Assembly (NCBI GenBank): GCA_001179505.1
Contig: CDMY01000198.1
Span: 62,001 to 126,000, forward strand
DNA from: Vitrella brassicaformis CCMP3155
Taxonomy: Eukaryota; Protista; Chromerida
DNA: 64,000 nucleotides
Reading direction: 5' to 3'
The notes beneath the pieces were generated by a model, which did no database searches, was not told where the DNA came from, and worked only from the letters and a program-made list of their open reading frames with translations. The first letter of the stretch is position 1; each line of letters opens with the position of its first letter. The translations under genes and the position numbers were made by a program. Positions 51,291 through 61,505 of this stretch are shown piece after piece.

Positions 51291-51686
51291 ATGATGAGCG
51301 CCACGATGACACAGCACACACGTGTGCACCCACCTGTGCCCCTGCACCGCCTCAAGTACCCGCCCCTGCCCCTCCACCTGCCAGCCGAGTACAGGCGGCA
51401 ACAGGAGGCCGCCACCTACCAGGAGGACCTCGCGGCACTGGGCGAGGAGGCGGCGAGGGAGAGCGTGGAGATCCTTCGGGCGAGCGGCGTGATCGATAGG
51501 GTGAGCCAGCCATCAGTGAGTGCTGTCGCCAGCCACCTTGTCTCACCTGCCGTCTCCGGTTGTCTGCGTGGCTGCAGGACTGGAAGGGGATGAGGGTGCA
51601 GAGGGACATCCAGGTCGGCAGACTCACCGCAGCTCACTGAGATGTATATCTCATTGTGTGCTGTCCGCTGGCTGACGTGTGCAGGG
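51291..51686 (+). pseudogene. K-D: inverted 5' duplicate of K-C, frameshifted and truncated by the retroelement
   Basis: Exon 1 TQHTRVHPPVPLHRLKYPPLPLH... matches K-C. Exon 2 is 35 nt instead of 36 (TGA at 51591-51593). Homology stops 2 nt into exon 3. Confidence 0.85.
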
Positions 51687-51896
51687 TCTGATGCTCGTAA
51701 GGCCAATCTGTTGTATGGTCATCTGCTGCGTGTGATTGATTTTACAATGCACGAATGCCAGGAGTCTCTTGTGTTTGGTCTGTCTCGGTGTGTCGATGAG
51801 TTGACTCGATTTGGTTTTTCACGACCATTCATCCATCGCCAACTGACTCGTGTTGCCCGTTACTTCCCCTCACTGCTGCGTGCCCTGCGTGAGTGA
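51687..51896 (+). mobile_element. Putative pseudo-LTR: 3' end of an element ORF (post-RT helical region)
   Basis: SDARKANLLYGHLLRVIDFTMHECQESLVFGLSRCVDELTRFGFSRPFIHRQL...* begins abruptly inside K-D exon 3. It resembles the G.L.R...........l...l...GY....l C-terminus of PLE-type RT proteins (recalled). Confidence 0.5.
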
Positions 51897-52234
51897 AGCA
51901 CACTATGATCTGCCTGCCCGTTGTTGTTGTATCACCGCATCCCGCGAGACGAACACCGCTGCGGTTTTTGCTGCCCCGAACTCTTTACATGCGAATGGCC
52001 AGTAGGCGTGCGCGCTTCATGTAAGTGGCAGTGACTTGATACATCAATCGACGTGTGAGCGGTTAGAAGCACGTCCACACACAGATCTACGTCTGTAAGG
52101 AGGAGATCCAGCCATTGGTGTTCCTTCTGAAACGTCCCTCGCTCCGTCTCCGTCTTCTCACAGCTAATCTCCTGCCCCCTTGCTGAATCCCCTCCGTGAC
52201 CCACGCGCGCACTAGCGCACCTTGCGCGTATCCG

Positions 52235-53548
52235 ATGTCGTCCCACCGTAACACTGATTCCTTGGCAGATCTCAGGAGATCTACCAATCTCGGCAGCACG
52301 GCTACTCGCTTTGGATTCCCGCCCTTCGGCAGCACCAACCGCGACCCACCCACCCCTCCCACCGTCCCGGGATGCGGGACGTGTCAGCATATCCGATTCA
52401 TCAACAACCCGCTCAACCCCTTCCGCGTCGGATACAAGAAGGACGGCCGTTTCATAGGATGCGTCGCCATGACACCCGGCATCGAGAGTGCTATCACCAG
52501 CGGCACCAAGCAATTCAAGCTCGTCGACAACGACTACGTCCCGCTCGTTGACGAACTCACCAAGCCAGGCATGCTCATCGGCCTCCAACACCATGAGGCC
52601 GGCGTTCGCGGTCTCAGCAGCGACATACTCCTCCTCAGCGCCATCATGGTCAAGAAACTCTGCAACAAGCACGGCTACGACACCCCCCTCTCCCGTGGCG
52701 CCGGCGACGCTGCTGCCGCCGATCGGTACATCCACAACCCGATGAATCGAGCGGATGTCCGCAATCCACTCGCCAACGACCTGACAGCCGCCACCCACTG
52801 CCTCGCGAAGATCAGCGACTTCATATGCGACCACGACGGCAACACGCCGATTGAGCTCATGAACGCCCTCCCTCGCCTTCTTCAGGATTTCGCCACTCAG
52901 CCCGGCCCTTCTTCGAGTCGCCGCCGCAAGACATCATCCAACGCAGCTGCCGCGGCCGCCTCTCCGGCAGACGACGAAGACTCAATCCATGCTGAGCAAG
53001 ACGACTTCTTCAACGCCAACGACATGGAGCAAGACAACAAGGACGACGACTTCGACATGTACGACGATGACGCTGCCATTGCCCGTCGAGACGTCATTCC
53101 CATGGTCCGATTCAAGACACTCATCGGCCTCCAAACTCACCTCTCGGACATCCCCGACGACATCCAGCAGTTCATGGGCGCTGTCGTCACACCCACGGCC
53201 GCCATCGTCCAACTTGGTGGCCTGCTCAACAGCGACGACTGCGTGATCGACGCCCCCAACGTCATCGACGACTTCACCCTGCAGCAAGCCGCATTCTTCG
53301 CCAACCACATCGCCTCCATGCTTCCCCCGGCCAAGGCATCCCGCGCCAAGACCGCTCAGGAGCTCCTCAGTTGGGGCAAGCGCATCGACGCCAACGTCCA
53401 CCTGTCGGTCAAGCAAGTCATCAACTATGTCGCCATCAAATACGCCATCAGCCTACGCGCCAAAGGTCCCAGCAATGCGTCACAGGGATCGTCACAGGGA
53501 TCGTCAGTCAACACCCGCGGTCGTGCATCCACAAAAAAGACTGACTGA
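52235..53548 (+). CDS. Intronless 437-aa ORF of unknown function, inside the putative retroelement (ORF1)
   Basis: Long open frame with C-ending codon bias and no introns, unlike all host genes nearby. It ends about 50 bp before ORF2. Confidence 0.7.
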   Translation: MSSHRNTDSLADLRRSTNLGSTATRFGFPPFGSTNRDPPTPPTVPGCGTCQHIRFINNPLNPFRVGYKKDGRFIGCVAMTPGIESAITSGTKQFKLVDNDYVPLVDELTKPGMLIGLQHHEAGVRGLSSDILLLSAIMVKKLCNKHGYDTPLSRGAGDAAAADRYIHNPMNRADVRNPLANDLTAATHCLAKISDFICDHDGNTPIELMNALPRLLQDFATQPGPSSSRRRKTSSNAAAAAASPADDEDSIHAEQDDFFNANDMEQDNKDDDFDMYDDDAAIARRDVIPMVRFKTLIGLQTHLSDIPDDIQQFMGAVVTPTAAIVQLGGLLNSDDCVIDAPNVIDDFTLQQAAFFANHIASMLPPAKASRAKTAQELLSWGKRIDANVHLSVKQVINYVAIKYAISLRAKGPSNASQGSSQGSSVNTRGRASTKKTD

Positions 53549-53599
53549 TGTAAGGCGCCACTGGAGCTTCGCCCCCAGTGGCAACACCGAAATCGACCG

Positions 53600-55576
53600 G
53601 TGCTTCCTGCCAATCCGTTTTCCTCGTCTGTTATGTCTGTCCCTTATAGATCAGACTCTGTACGGTCAGTGGTTGGATCTCCAGACGCGTCATCGCCCTC
53701 CTTTTCCAGCTGCGCGTGCTGTACTACTGGGCAACACTCACTCACTCACGTACCCGAACAAGGCGCTGCAATTCATCCATCTGAGCATGCTATCTCGTTG
53801 CTTTTGACTGCGTGTAAGAATGAATCTGTGAAGCTCTCGAGTACTCGTCAGGTGTTTCGTTTTCTTCGCTTTTTGTCACGGGTGCGCCATCTACTCCACC
53901 ACCTTCGTACACACACCCGCTGTTCCCACTGTAGATGCACGTGGCGTATGTGCCGTTGTGAGTGGCTTTTCATTTTGCAACCCACACACCGTGAGCCGTT
54001 TCGCGCCGTCCGTCTGGATGGTCTACGTGATTTTGCCTCACCATGTGTCCAACATCGCCTGACACCCTCGTCAATTAAGACTCTCTGTACGCGTCTCTTT
54101 TCTATCCAGTCTCGCGCGATGTGTGCCCTTGTGTCACGTACCCCTACCCCTTTCCTGCGTAAGATCCATGCATTGAGAGAGCGACTGGGTGCTCTTTTTG
54201 CGCCTGGTGTACACGACATGAAGCATGGCCTCTATCTGCTGTGTTCCCCTTGGTCCACTCAGTCTTATCTCGGTTTCACGACACGTGGTTATGTTGTGCG
54301 TTGGGATGAGCATGTCAGTCACGCTTTTCGTCATGGCACTCGCTCCCACTCCCCACAGCAGCACTTATACGGCTCTCTGTCGCGAAATGATGTATGTGCG
54401 TATGCATGCGTCCCTCTGTGTTCATTTGACGCGTTGGGTCTCACTATACATCAAATGAAGTCGATTGAAGTACAGGCCATTGACGCTTTTCAACCCTCAC
54501 TCAACACACATTCGTCCTCTCGTCATGATTTGCATGCACTGCATCGCCNNNNNNNNNNNNNNNNNNNNNNNNNNNNNNNNNNNNNNNNNNNNNNNNNNNN
54601 NNNNNNNNNNNNNNNNNNNNNNNNNNNNNNNNNNNNNNNNNNNNNNNNNNNNNNNNNNNNNNNNNNNNNNNNNNNNNNNNNNNNNNNNNNNNNNNNNNNN
54701 NNNNNNNNNNNNNNNNNNNNNNNNNNNNNNNNNNNNNNNNNNNNNNNNNNNNNNNNNNNNNNNNNNNNNNNNNNNNNNNNNNNNNNNNNNNNNNNNNNNN
54801 NNNNNNNNNNNNNNNNNNNNNNNNNNNNNNNNNNNNNNNNNNNNNNNNACTCACCTGCTTTGCCTTTTCGTGCCTTTTCCCCCATCCATCCATCTGCTGA
54901 CTCGCTCCCGTCTGCATTGATCAACCCATCTGTGCCCCCACCCACCCTTTGTGCCACTGCTGCGCTGCTTGCTCGTCGTCCGTCACCCAGCCAGGCCACC
55001 CTTGCTGCGATTCGTGGATTGTCTGACACTGACAAGTGCCGTCTGTATGTATGCGGTCTGCGTGTGTTGTCCGGTGTGCATTGGGAATGGTTCGAATCTG
55101 CCTTTCGTCGTGCTATTCGTGTTCGGGACCAATTTCGACTATGGCGGCCACGGCTACTTGTCCGTTTGCATGTTCCTCTTATGTTGAATGATGTGTCGTG
55201 TTTCCGCCAGGCCGCGATTCATACCATACGTCACCTCCTGTCCGGTGTTGCGTCATCGTCACTGTTCCATGTGCAGGCAGCGTTCATTCCATCTGCGTGT
55301 CCATCCCTGACCACCTTGTACTATAATGCTAAGCGAATGGCGTCACAGACCCTCTCACAAGTGGTCTGTCCATGCCACCTGCCTCATTTTACGCAATGGC
55401 CACGCATCGATGGGCATGTCTGTGTGCGCCTGAGTGATCCATTCATGCGCGATGTCTTGCGCGTCCGCCTTTATGCCATGTTTTGGGCAGTGCATGCTGC
55501 GTTCGGATGCCGCTGTATCAACCAATCACTATGGGCGTACACTGCGCGTACATCACAGTCGCGATTTGCAGTGTGA
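53600..55576 (+). CDS. ORF2: GIY-YIG endonuclease plus CxC linker (gap inside; RT missing)
   Basis: HGLYLLCSPWSTQSYLGFT...VRWDEH...SIEVQAIDAFQPSLN, then LYYNAKRMA...VVCPCHLPHFTQWPRIDGHVCVRLSD. Residues after 55460 derive from an unrelated repeat. First ATG at about 53633. Frame continuity across the placeholder gap is not guaranteed. Confidence 0.75.
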   Translation: MLPANPFSSSVMSVPYRSDSVRSVVGSPDASSPSFSSCACCTTGQHSLTHVPEQGAAIHPSEHAISLLLTACKNESVKLSSTRQVFRFLRFLSRVRHLLHHLRTHTRCSHCRCTWRMCRCEWLFILQPTHREPFRAVRLDGLRDFASPCVQHRLTPSSIKTLCTRLFSIQSRAMCALVSRTPTPFLRKIHALRERLGALFAPGVHDMKHGLYLLCSPWSTQSYLGFTTRGYVVRWDEHVSHAFRHGTRSHSPQQHLYGSLSRNDVCAYACVPLCSFDALGLTIHQMKSIEVQAIDAFQPSLNTHSSSRHDLHALHRXXXXXXXXXXXXXXXXXXXXXXXXXXXXXXXXXXXXXXXXXXXXXXXXXXXXXXXXXXXXXXXXXXXXXXXXXXXXXXXXXXXXXXXXXXXXXXXXXXXXXSPALPFRAFSPIHPSADSLPSALINPSVPPPTLCATAALLARRPSPSQATLAAIRGLSDTDKCRLYVCGLRVLSGVHWEWFESAFRRAIRVRDQFRLWRPRLLVRLHVPLMLNDVSCFRQAAIHTIRHLLSGVASSSLFHVQAAFIPSACPSLTTLYYNAKRMASQTLSQVVCPCHLPHFTQWPRIDGHVCVRLSDPFMRDVLRVRLYAMFWAVHAAFGCRCINQSLWAYTARTSQSRFAV

Positions 55577-55818
55577 CTGACAAATCTGTGCGGACTGTGC
55601 GGACCAGGCACCATCCAGACAAAAAGACGTTAACAAAGTGATGGATGGATGGATGGATGGACAGGCAGACAGACAGACGGGCCAGCCGATACAGACAGCC
55701 ACACACAGACGAGTATCAAGACTGGTGCACGTGATGGTGAGTGCGGCTGGCTGCCCAATGAATGGCGTGATCAATCAATGACAGACACTTCAGTCGTCGG
55801 TCGATTCATGTACAAGTG
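55461..55818. repeat. ~350-bp diverged direct repeat, copy 1
   Basis: Homologous to 60702-61050; the 65-bp core 55522-55586 is identical to 60752-60816. Confidence 0.9.
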
Positions 55819-56253
55819 GAGGCTCTTTTGGCATGTCCACTTTGTCCTTAGCGCCGTGAGTCGTGTATGCATGTATGATATGCATCCATAGGTAGGGAGT
55901 ATGTTGGATGGATATCGTCGCTTTGGTTGATGCATCGCATGCAGAGGTGCATTGCATGCGCGTGTTGTGCGCGCGGTGACGTGAAGTGACGTGATGTGGT
56001 GTGATGTGGTACACATACAGACAGACGGTCAGCTACAGACACACGTACAATACTACCCACCCTCACGCACTAACAGACCTCACATGCCATGACATCTGCC
56101 TGTCTCTATCTTCCTTCCTGTGCTTACCACGTGTGTTCGTTCGCTGACATGCCTGTGCACGTGCACGCGCTCTGTTTTTCGGTGGGGTGGCCCTCCTTGG
56201 CTGTGTGCCCACAGGGCTCACTCACTCACTGCATGTTAATTGAGTCCGATGCA

Positions 56254-58561
56254 TCATATGATGAGGGGTAGGTAAATGACTTGGCTTTCAACCGACATAC
56301 GTACGTGTCCCGCGTGCAACCTGTACAAGTCAGTCACCACCACTACCGTCCGTCTAAGCATTCGCATCACTCTCGCTACCGATCGATGATAGCCGCAGAA
56401 CAGCCGCCAGCCAGCCAGATCACTCGCTGGCCCCGTGCTGTCTGTGTCCGACTCTCCTCCCTGGCCGTCTGCGGTCTTCTTGTCATGCGCGTCGCCCTCG
56501 GTGGCGTCTGCCTGGCGCTTGCTGTGCTCGTAGCAGGCCTGTGGTGCCAGCACAGGTCCATAAGCGGCCTCCTTCTTGAGCTGGGCAAGTGTTGGGCGGC
56601 TTTGGACGCGCCTTTTGGTGAGGGGGCGAGCGGCAGGGAGCTGGCCGTTGTTGTAGGCCTCGACGTCCACGTTCGGTGGCACGCCGAGGCCGAGCACCTG
56701 TGAGTGCTTTGTGAGCCGCTCCCAGAACTCCTCGCCCAGCACCTCCTTGACGAACCGCTCGTCGATGGGCAGCAGCGGCTTGATGAAATTCTTGCCCGCA
56801 GACACCGGTGTGAACAGAAGTGCGAGCACTTCGTCCAGAAGCAGCAAGTAGTAGTCCACCGGTAGGTGTCTGCCTTTCTCGGCCTCTGCTCCGCTGCGAC
56901 TGCCTCAGCCACCTGCAGTCACACACAACACAACACGCATGTGTATGGACATTCATGAGGAAGTGTGTACCACCCACTGACTGACTGACCGACTGACCTT
57001 TTTTGGATCCTGGTCGCATTTAAGGACCAGCTTGATGGCTGCGTCCCACGAATATTTGACTGCTGGGGCATTGGCGAGTCCTTGGAGGATGGCGGCGAGG
57101 AGAAAGCCCACTGCGCACACGACACGACACGCACACACGACACGAGTCACCCATCTCATGGCACACCGATAGGTGTGTGTGTGTGTATGTTACTTACGTG
57201 GCTTGAGGTCAGGGTATGTGTCGCGGATGTATCTAAACACCAGGTAGGGGTCTGTCATGTCCACCTTGCCGCTGTTGGCGGGCTGGGTGGCGAGCTGCAA
57301 AGCATCCACACGCACGTACACATATGTGAATGACGTCATGTAGGTGGTGGGTGAGGTGTGGCGGTCATGTCTCACTCACTCACTCACCCTGATGTACTGG
57401 GCCACTTCATATCCGGGGAGGTAGCCCATCTCGTTGGCCATCAGGATGAATACGATGATGATGATGATTATGACCCCGTTGCAGCACCAAATTATCTGCA
57501 CGATACACAACCAACACGCATCACAACACAACACACACCCATCCACAATCCACATGCGTGTCCACCTGACTCACTATGGTTCTTGATCTTCTTCTTGAGC
57601 TTCAGGTAGGCCTCGCTCGTGAGGTCCTGCAGGGCCTGGGACAGCATCTCGAACTCAGCGTACCCTCCCGCAAAGGCACACTTGATGCTGCCCCAAAGCC
57701 CTGCCAACCCGACCGTCTGACACACATACACACACATACACACACACGCACAGGCAGACCGTCATGGGTGTATACGTCCGTCTTCAGGTCAGTTGAGTGC
57801 AGCTTTTGGCGTACCAGCTGCAGATTGAAGAATTTGCTGTATTTGAATGGCCTCCGCAGCCATATGTACAGCCTCTCTCCCGTGGTGTACAGGCGGTCCT
57901 TCAGGGCCTTGGCGCCCCTGTCGCAGAACACGTACTGCACACACACACACACACACACACATGCAAACATCAGGTCGTCTGTATCCGTTGTGTTTTCTCT
58001 CCTTCGGGCGCTTACCAACGAGTTGGAGGTCCCCGTGACGAAGGAACCGAACAACGCCAAGAAGAAAGAACCGAACCATGTGTTGGTCTCGGAGTTCTTC
58101 CAATGCTTGGCGTGTTCGTCCTTCTTGAACCCAAACGAGTCGACCTGGAATACACGTACAGCAACACACACACATCCATTCACTCATTCATTCGCCCATC
58201 CATCCCCCCAGCCACTACCCCTAGAGCCACTGACCTCTGCGTAGGCCTTTGGGAAGACGGCGCACGAGCAGCCAGCGGCGTACTCCTGCACCGTAGCCCA
58301 GTGGGTCTTAGCCTTGGCAACCTCGAAGAGGTCATGGCGGACCACGCCGCCCTTCTTGTGCTTGTGGTCGCTTTTGATCTTCTCGGCCTCCAGCTGGGCT
58401 TCGGTCCTGGCCAGCTCGGCCTCAAGGTCAGCGACCCTCTTGGACAGCTCGTTTAACTCGGCCTGGTGGTCCGCCTTCTCTCGCTCAAGCCTTGCAAGGC
58501 ACCGCTTGAGGTAGCGGTTCTCGCGTTAGAGGCCGTCGAGACTGGGATACGGCTGCGGCAT
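56254..58561 (-). pseudogene. Multi-exon gene of unknown family, apparently disabled
   Basis: Coiled-coil exon 1 with in-frame TAA at 58528-58526 after MPQPYPSLDGL. Further G/C-biased exons (VDSFGFKKDEH, YVFCDRGAKAL, GLWGSIKCAF, LATQPANSG, MDYYLLLLDE) whose splice phases I could not fully reconcile. Confidence 0.5.
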
Positions 58562-60701
58562 GCCGGCCGTGATGTCCTTATTCACAATAGCAAGCAATGG
58601 AGGGAGGGGATGCGGGAATAGGGATAAGCGGGATGGCCTCAGTGCCGAGCAAAAGACCCTCAATGGGTCAAATCAGAAGCTCCAGGAGCCAGCTGGTCCT
58701 CACTGGGCGAATGCGTTGGATTGATGGAGTGCCGATTAATGCTGGCTGGCGCACGGCACTCGGGCACACACAAACCGTCGTCTGCACGATGGCGTTGTTG
58801 TGTGTACGTGTTGTTCGTCGTTTCGCGATTGCGAGCTTAAACGCTCAGGAACTGACAAACAACAAACAAACAGCAATTTTGAAACGAGTGAAGCGATCGG
58901 CTGTTTCACTTATCTTTCCTTCACGTGCTCGACTCATCTGAGTGTGCATTCATGTGCTGCTGCCTCTCCCCGCCCCTCCCTCCTTTGTGGCGCATGAGCA
59001 GTCACTCGAGAGCGTCGATGACACTCACTCACTTCAGTCAGTCACCCATCGCAGAGCGTAGGCAAAGCAGTGCAGGGCAGGCAGCAAGGCAGTGAGTGAG
59101 ATGGCCAGGCAAGCAGACACCGCACCCAAGCAGCCGAGCAGTCAGCCAGGAAAACGACGAGAAAAACCATTGCAAACGGACACGGGTCAGGCAGGGTGGG
59201 TCAGACACGATGGGTCATGCCGAGAGGAAGAGGAAACTCCGCCAGAGAGGTCTTCCATGCTTCATTCGCTTCGTCGAACTTGCCTCGAGTGGGTCCATCA
59301 TTGTTCTCTGCTTTCCTGGATGCAGGTGGCACGAGAACGCCGATGGCATCAGCATGAGGGCAGCCGCACCACAAGCCGACCAGCAAGAGTGCTGCGGCAT
59401 GATGCCGAGGGAAATGGCGAAGATCTTTGCTGCCGAGAGGAAAGGGTGCTGAGGAAGCAAGATCTGATGAGCAACATGCCTCTCAGGACCTTCAGGGCCT
59501 CTTCGCGGCTGCGCGTTGACAAAGTGATGGGGATGATCTTGCAGATGATCTTGGTCTTGGGGGTTCGGGGATGCATCCGTGTTTTCATGCCTATGTGTGT
59601 GCCATCAGGTGAGATACATCCATCGTCTGGGCGTTTGCTCGAGCGCGAGGCATGGGGGCTTATGCCGCGGCATTGGTTCATCGTTGTGCCCATCATCATG
59701 AGCTATCTTCCGTTGGCCGCATCCGGCAAGGAGGGTTTCATCGTGATGGAGGAAGGCGAAGCGACTGGACGGCATCCTCATTCGACCACCCGCGTCCTTG
59801 GCAAAGTGCCGCAGCGGCTTATTCGATGGCGTGAAAACGCGACCGTCATCTGGACGTGAAATCGCGAGGGATGAAGTCACGTCCACAATCAGGTACACGC
59901 ACAGACACTCAGGCTATACATTTGCGCGCATCTATGTTGTTGTTTCCTGTGGGTCATGCATTCACCTTCATCGTGTAGGGCGGTTTATCCACGACTGCGA
60001 TGAAGGTGCCAACCCCGCTGCAGCGGGGCGTGCTGAGAAGGCCACTTTGGACGAAACAAAACGTTTGAAACAACGTGTGTGCGATTGTGTGTAGGTGAAG
60101 CGTGATGTGCTGCTGAAGGGTCTCTTGTCTGTGGGAGCAAGGTGTGCCCACACATAGACTAACATGTGTGGGCACATGTGTGAATGTGTCGTATGGTGTG
60201 TGAATGTGTCTTTATGTGAAGGTATCGAGGTGAAACACGTGGGGGTCGCATGCGTACCAGGTGAGTATGTGGGCGTGGGATGCGTGTGTGTGCATGGTCA
60301 TCTGTGTGTGTAGGCGACAGTTTCTACGGCGTGCCGGTGGAGGGATGCGGGGATGCGTAAAAGGCGGAAAAGGCGGATCGATGTGTATGTCCAGCTATTG
60401 TATGTATGTGTGAGTGAGTGTGTCGTTAGGCCTTTCTAAGTTAACGGGGGGTGGCCTTGATAAGTAATCTCTCACGGTTTTGCTGGCGTGAACGGGGGAA
60501 GGGTCAGAAAGCAGGCCCATGGCCGTCTGCCTGCCTGCCGGTCTATGTGTCTGTGTGTCTGTGTGTCTGTCTGTGTGTCTGTCTGTCTGTCTGTCTGGCG
60601 ACAGACAACCAGCTAAACCGACCAGTGGTTCATTTCGCCGTCTGCATATCTGTGGAAGTGTGTCTTCCTTGTTGCTTTTCCCGCTTTGTTCACGTGAGTA
60701 T

Positions 60702-61050
60702 GCGTCCGCTTTTATGCCATGTACGTGCAGTGTACGCCATGTTTTGTATGTCCAATCACTATGGGCGTACACTGCGCGTACATCACAGTCGCGATTTGCA
60801 GTGTGACTGACAAATCACTTGACTGATCATCTCATGACGTGTCTGTGCAGAAAGACGTTTACAAAGTGATGGATGGATGGATGGGCAAGGCAGACAAGGA
60901 GGAAGACAGGCGGGCCAGCCGATACAGACAGCCACACACAGACGAGTATCAAGACTGGTGCACGTGATGGTGAGTGCGGCTGGCTGCCCAATGAGTGGTG
61001 TGATCAATCAATGCAGACACTTCAGTCGTCGGTCGGTTCATGTACAAGTG
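60702..61050. repeat. ~350-bp diverged direct repeat, copy 2
   Basis: Homologous to 55461-55818. Confidence 0.9.
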
Positions 61051-61196
61051 TGTTGTGTTCAACACGAGTCAGTCATGGGCAAAACCGGATGGACACAACG
61101 AATATACAGACGTACAGCTGCAAAGCGCTACTATACAACGCACTCACACTCACACACACACACACACACATACACACATACACACGCAACAGCGTC

Positions 61197-61452
61197 TCAC
61201 TTGCTGCTCTTCCTCTGCTGCAGCATGTAGAACCGACCTATGCTGACAGGCTCCAGCGAACCAGTCATGATCCAGCCCTCAATCTGCCAGGTCACACCGC
61301 CCGGCCCCCCTCCCTCTCCAGCCCCTCCGTCGCTGTCGTCAGCTGCTGATGACATCGGTGCGGCGCTCACTTTGCCGAAATAGTACTGGTCGGCGTTCAT
61401 ATTGGTGCCCTGGCTCTTCATCCTCGATACCTGACAGACAGACCACCCATAT

Positions 61453-61505
<53 letters not shown>

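Larger units (their letters stand above)
51687..55460 (+). mobile_element. Truncated Penelope-like retroelement with N-terminal GIY-YIG endonuclease (Chlamys/Naiad-type layout)
   Basis: Intronless ORFs; GIY-YIG motifs at 54227-54505; CxC..GH linker at 55367-55417; a 5' fragment resembling the post-RT C-terminus. The RT core itself is not visible. Confidence 0.7.

Noticed and set aside
51985-52050. GCGAATGG (HDV J4/2-like) and a weak hairpin in the element UTR
   Set aside because: I could not build the P1/P2/P3 pairings of an HDV-like ribozyme by eye.
55461-55576. C-terminal 38 aa of the GIY-YIG ORF
   Set aside because: Read-through into the unrelated 350-bp repeat, not part of the element protein.
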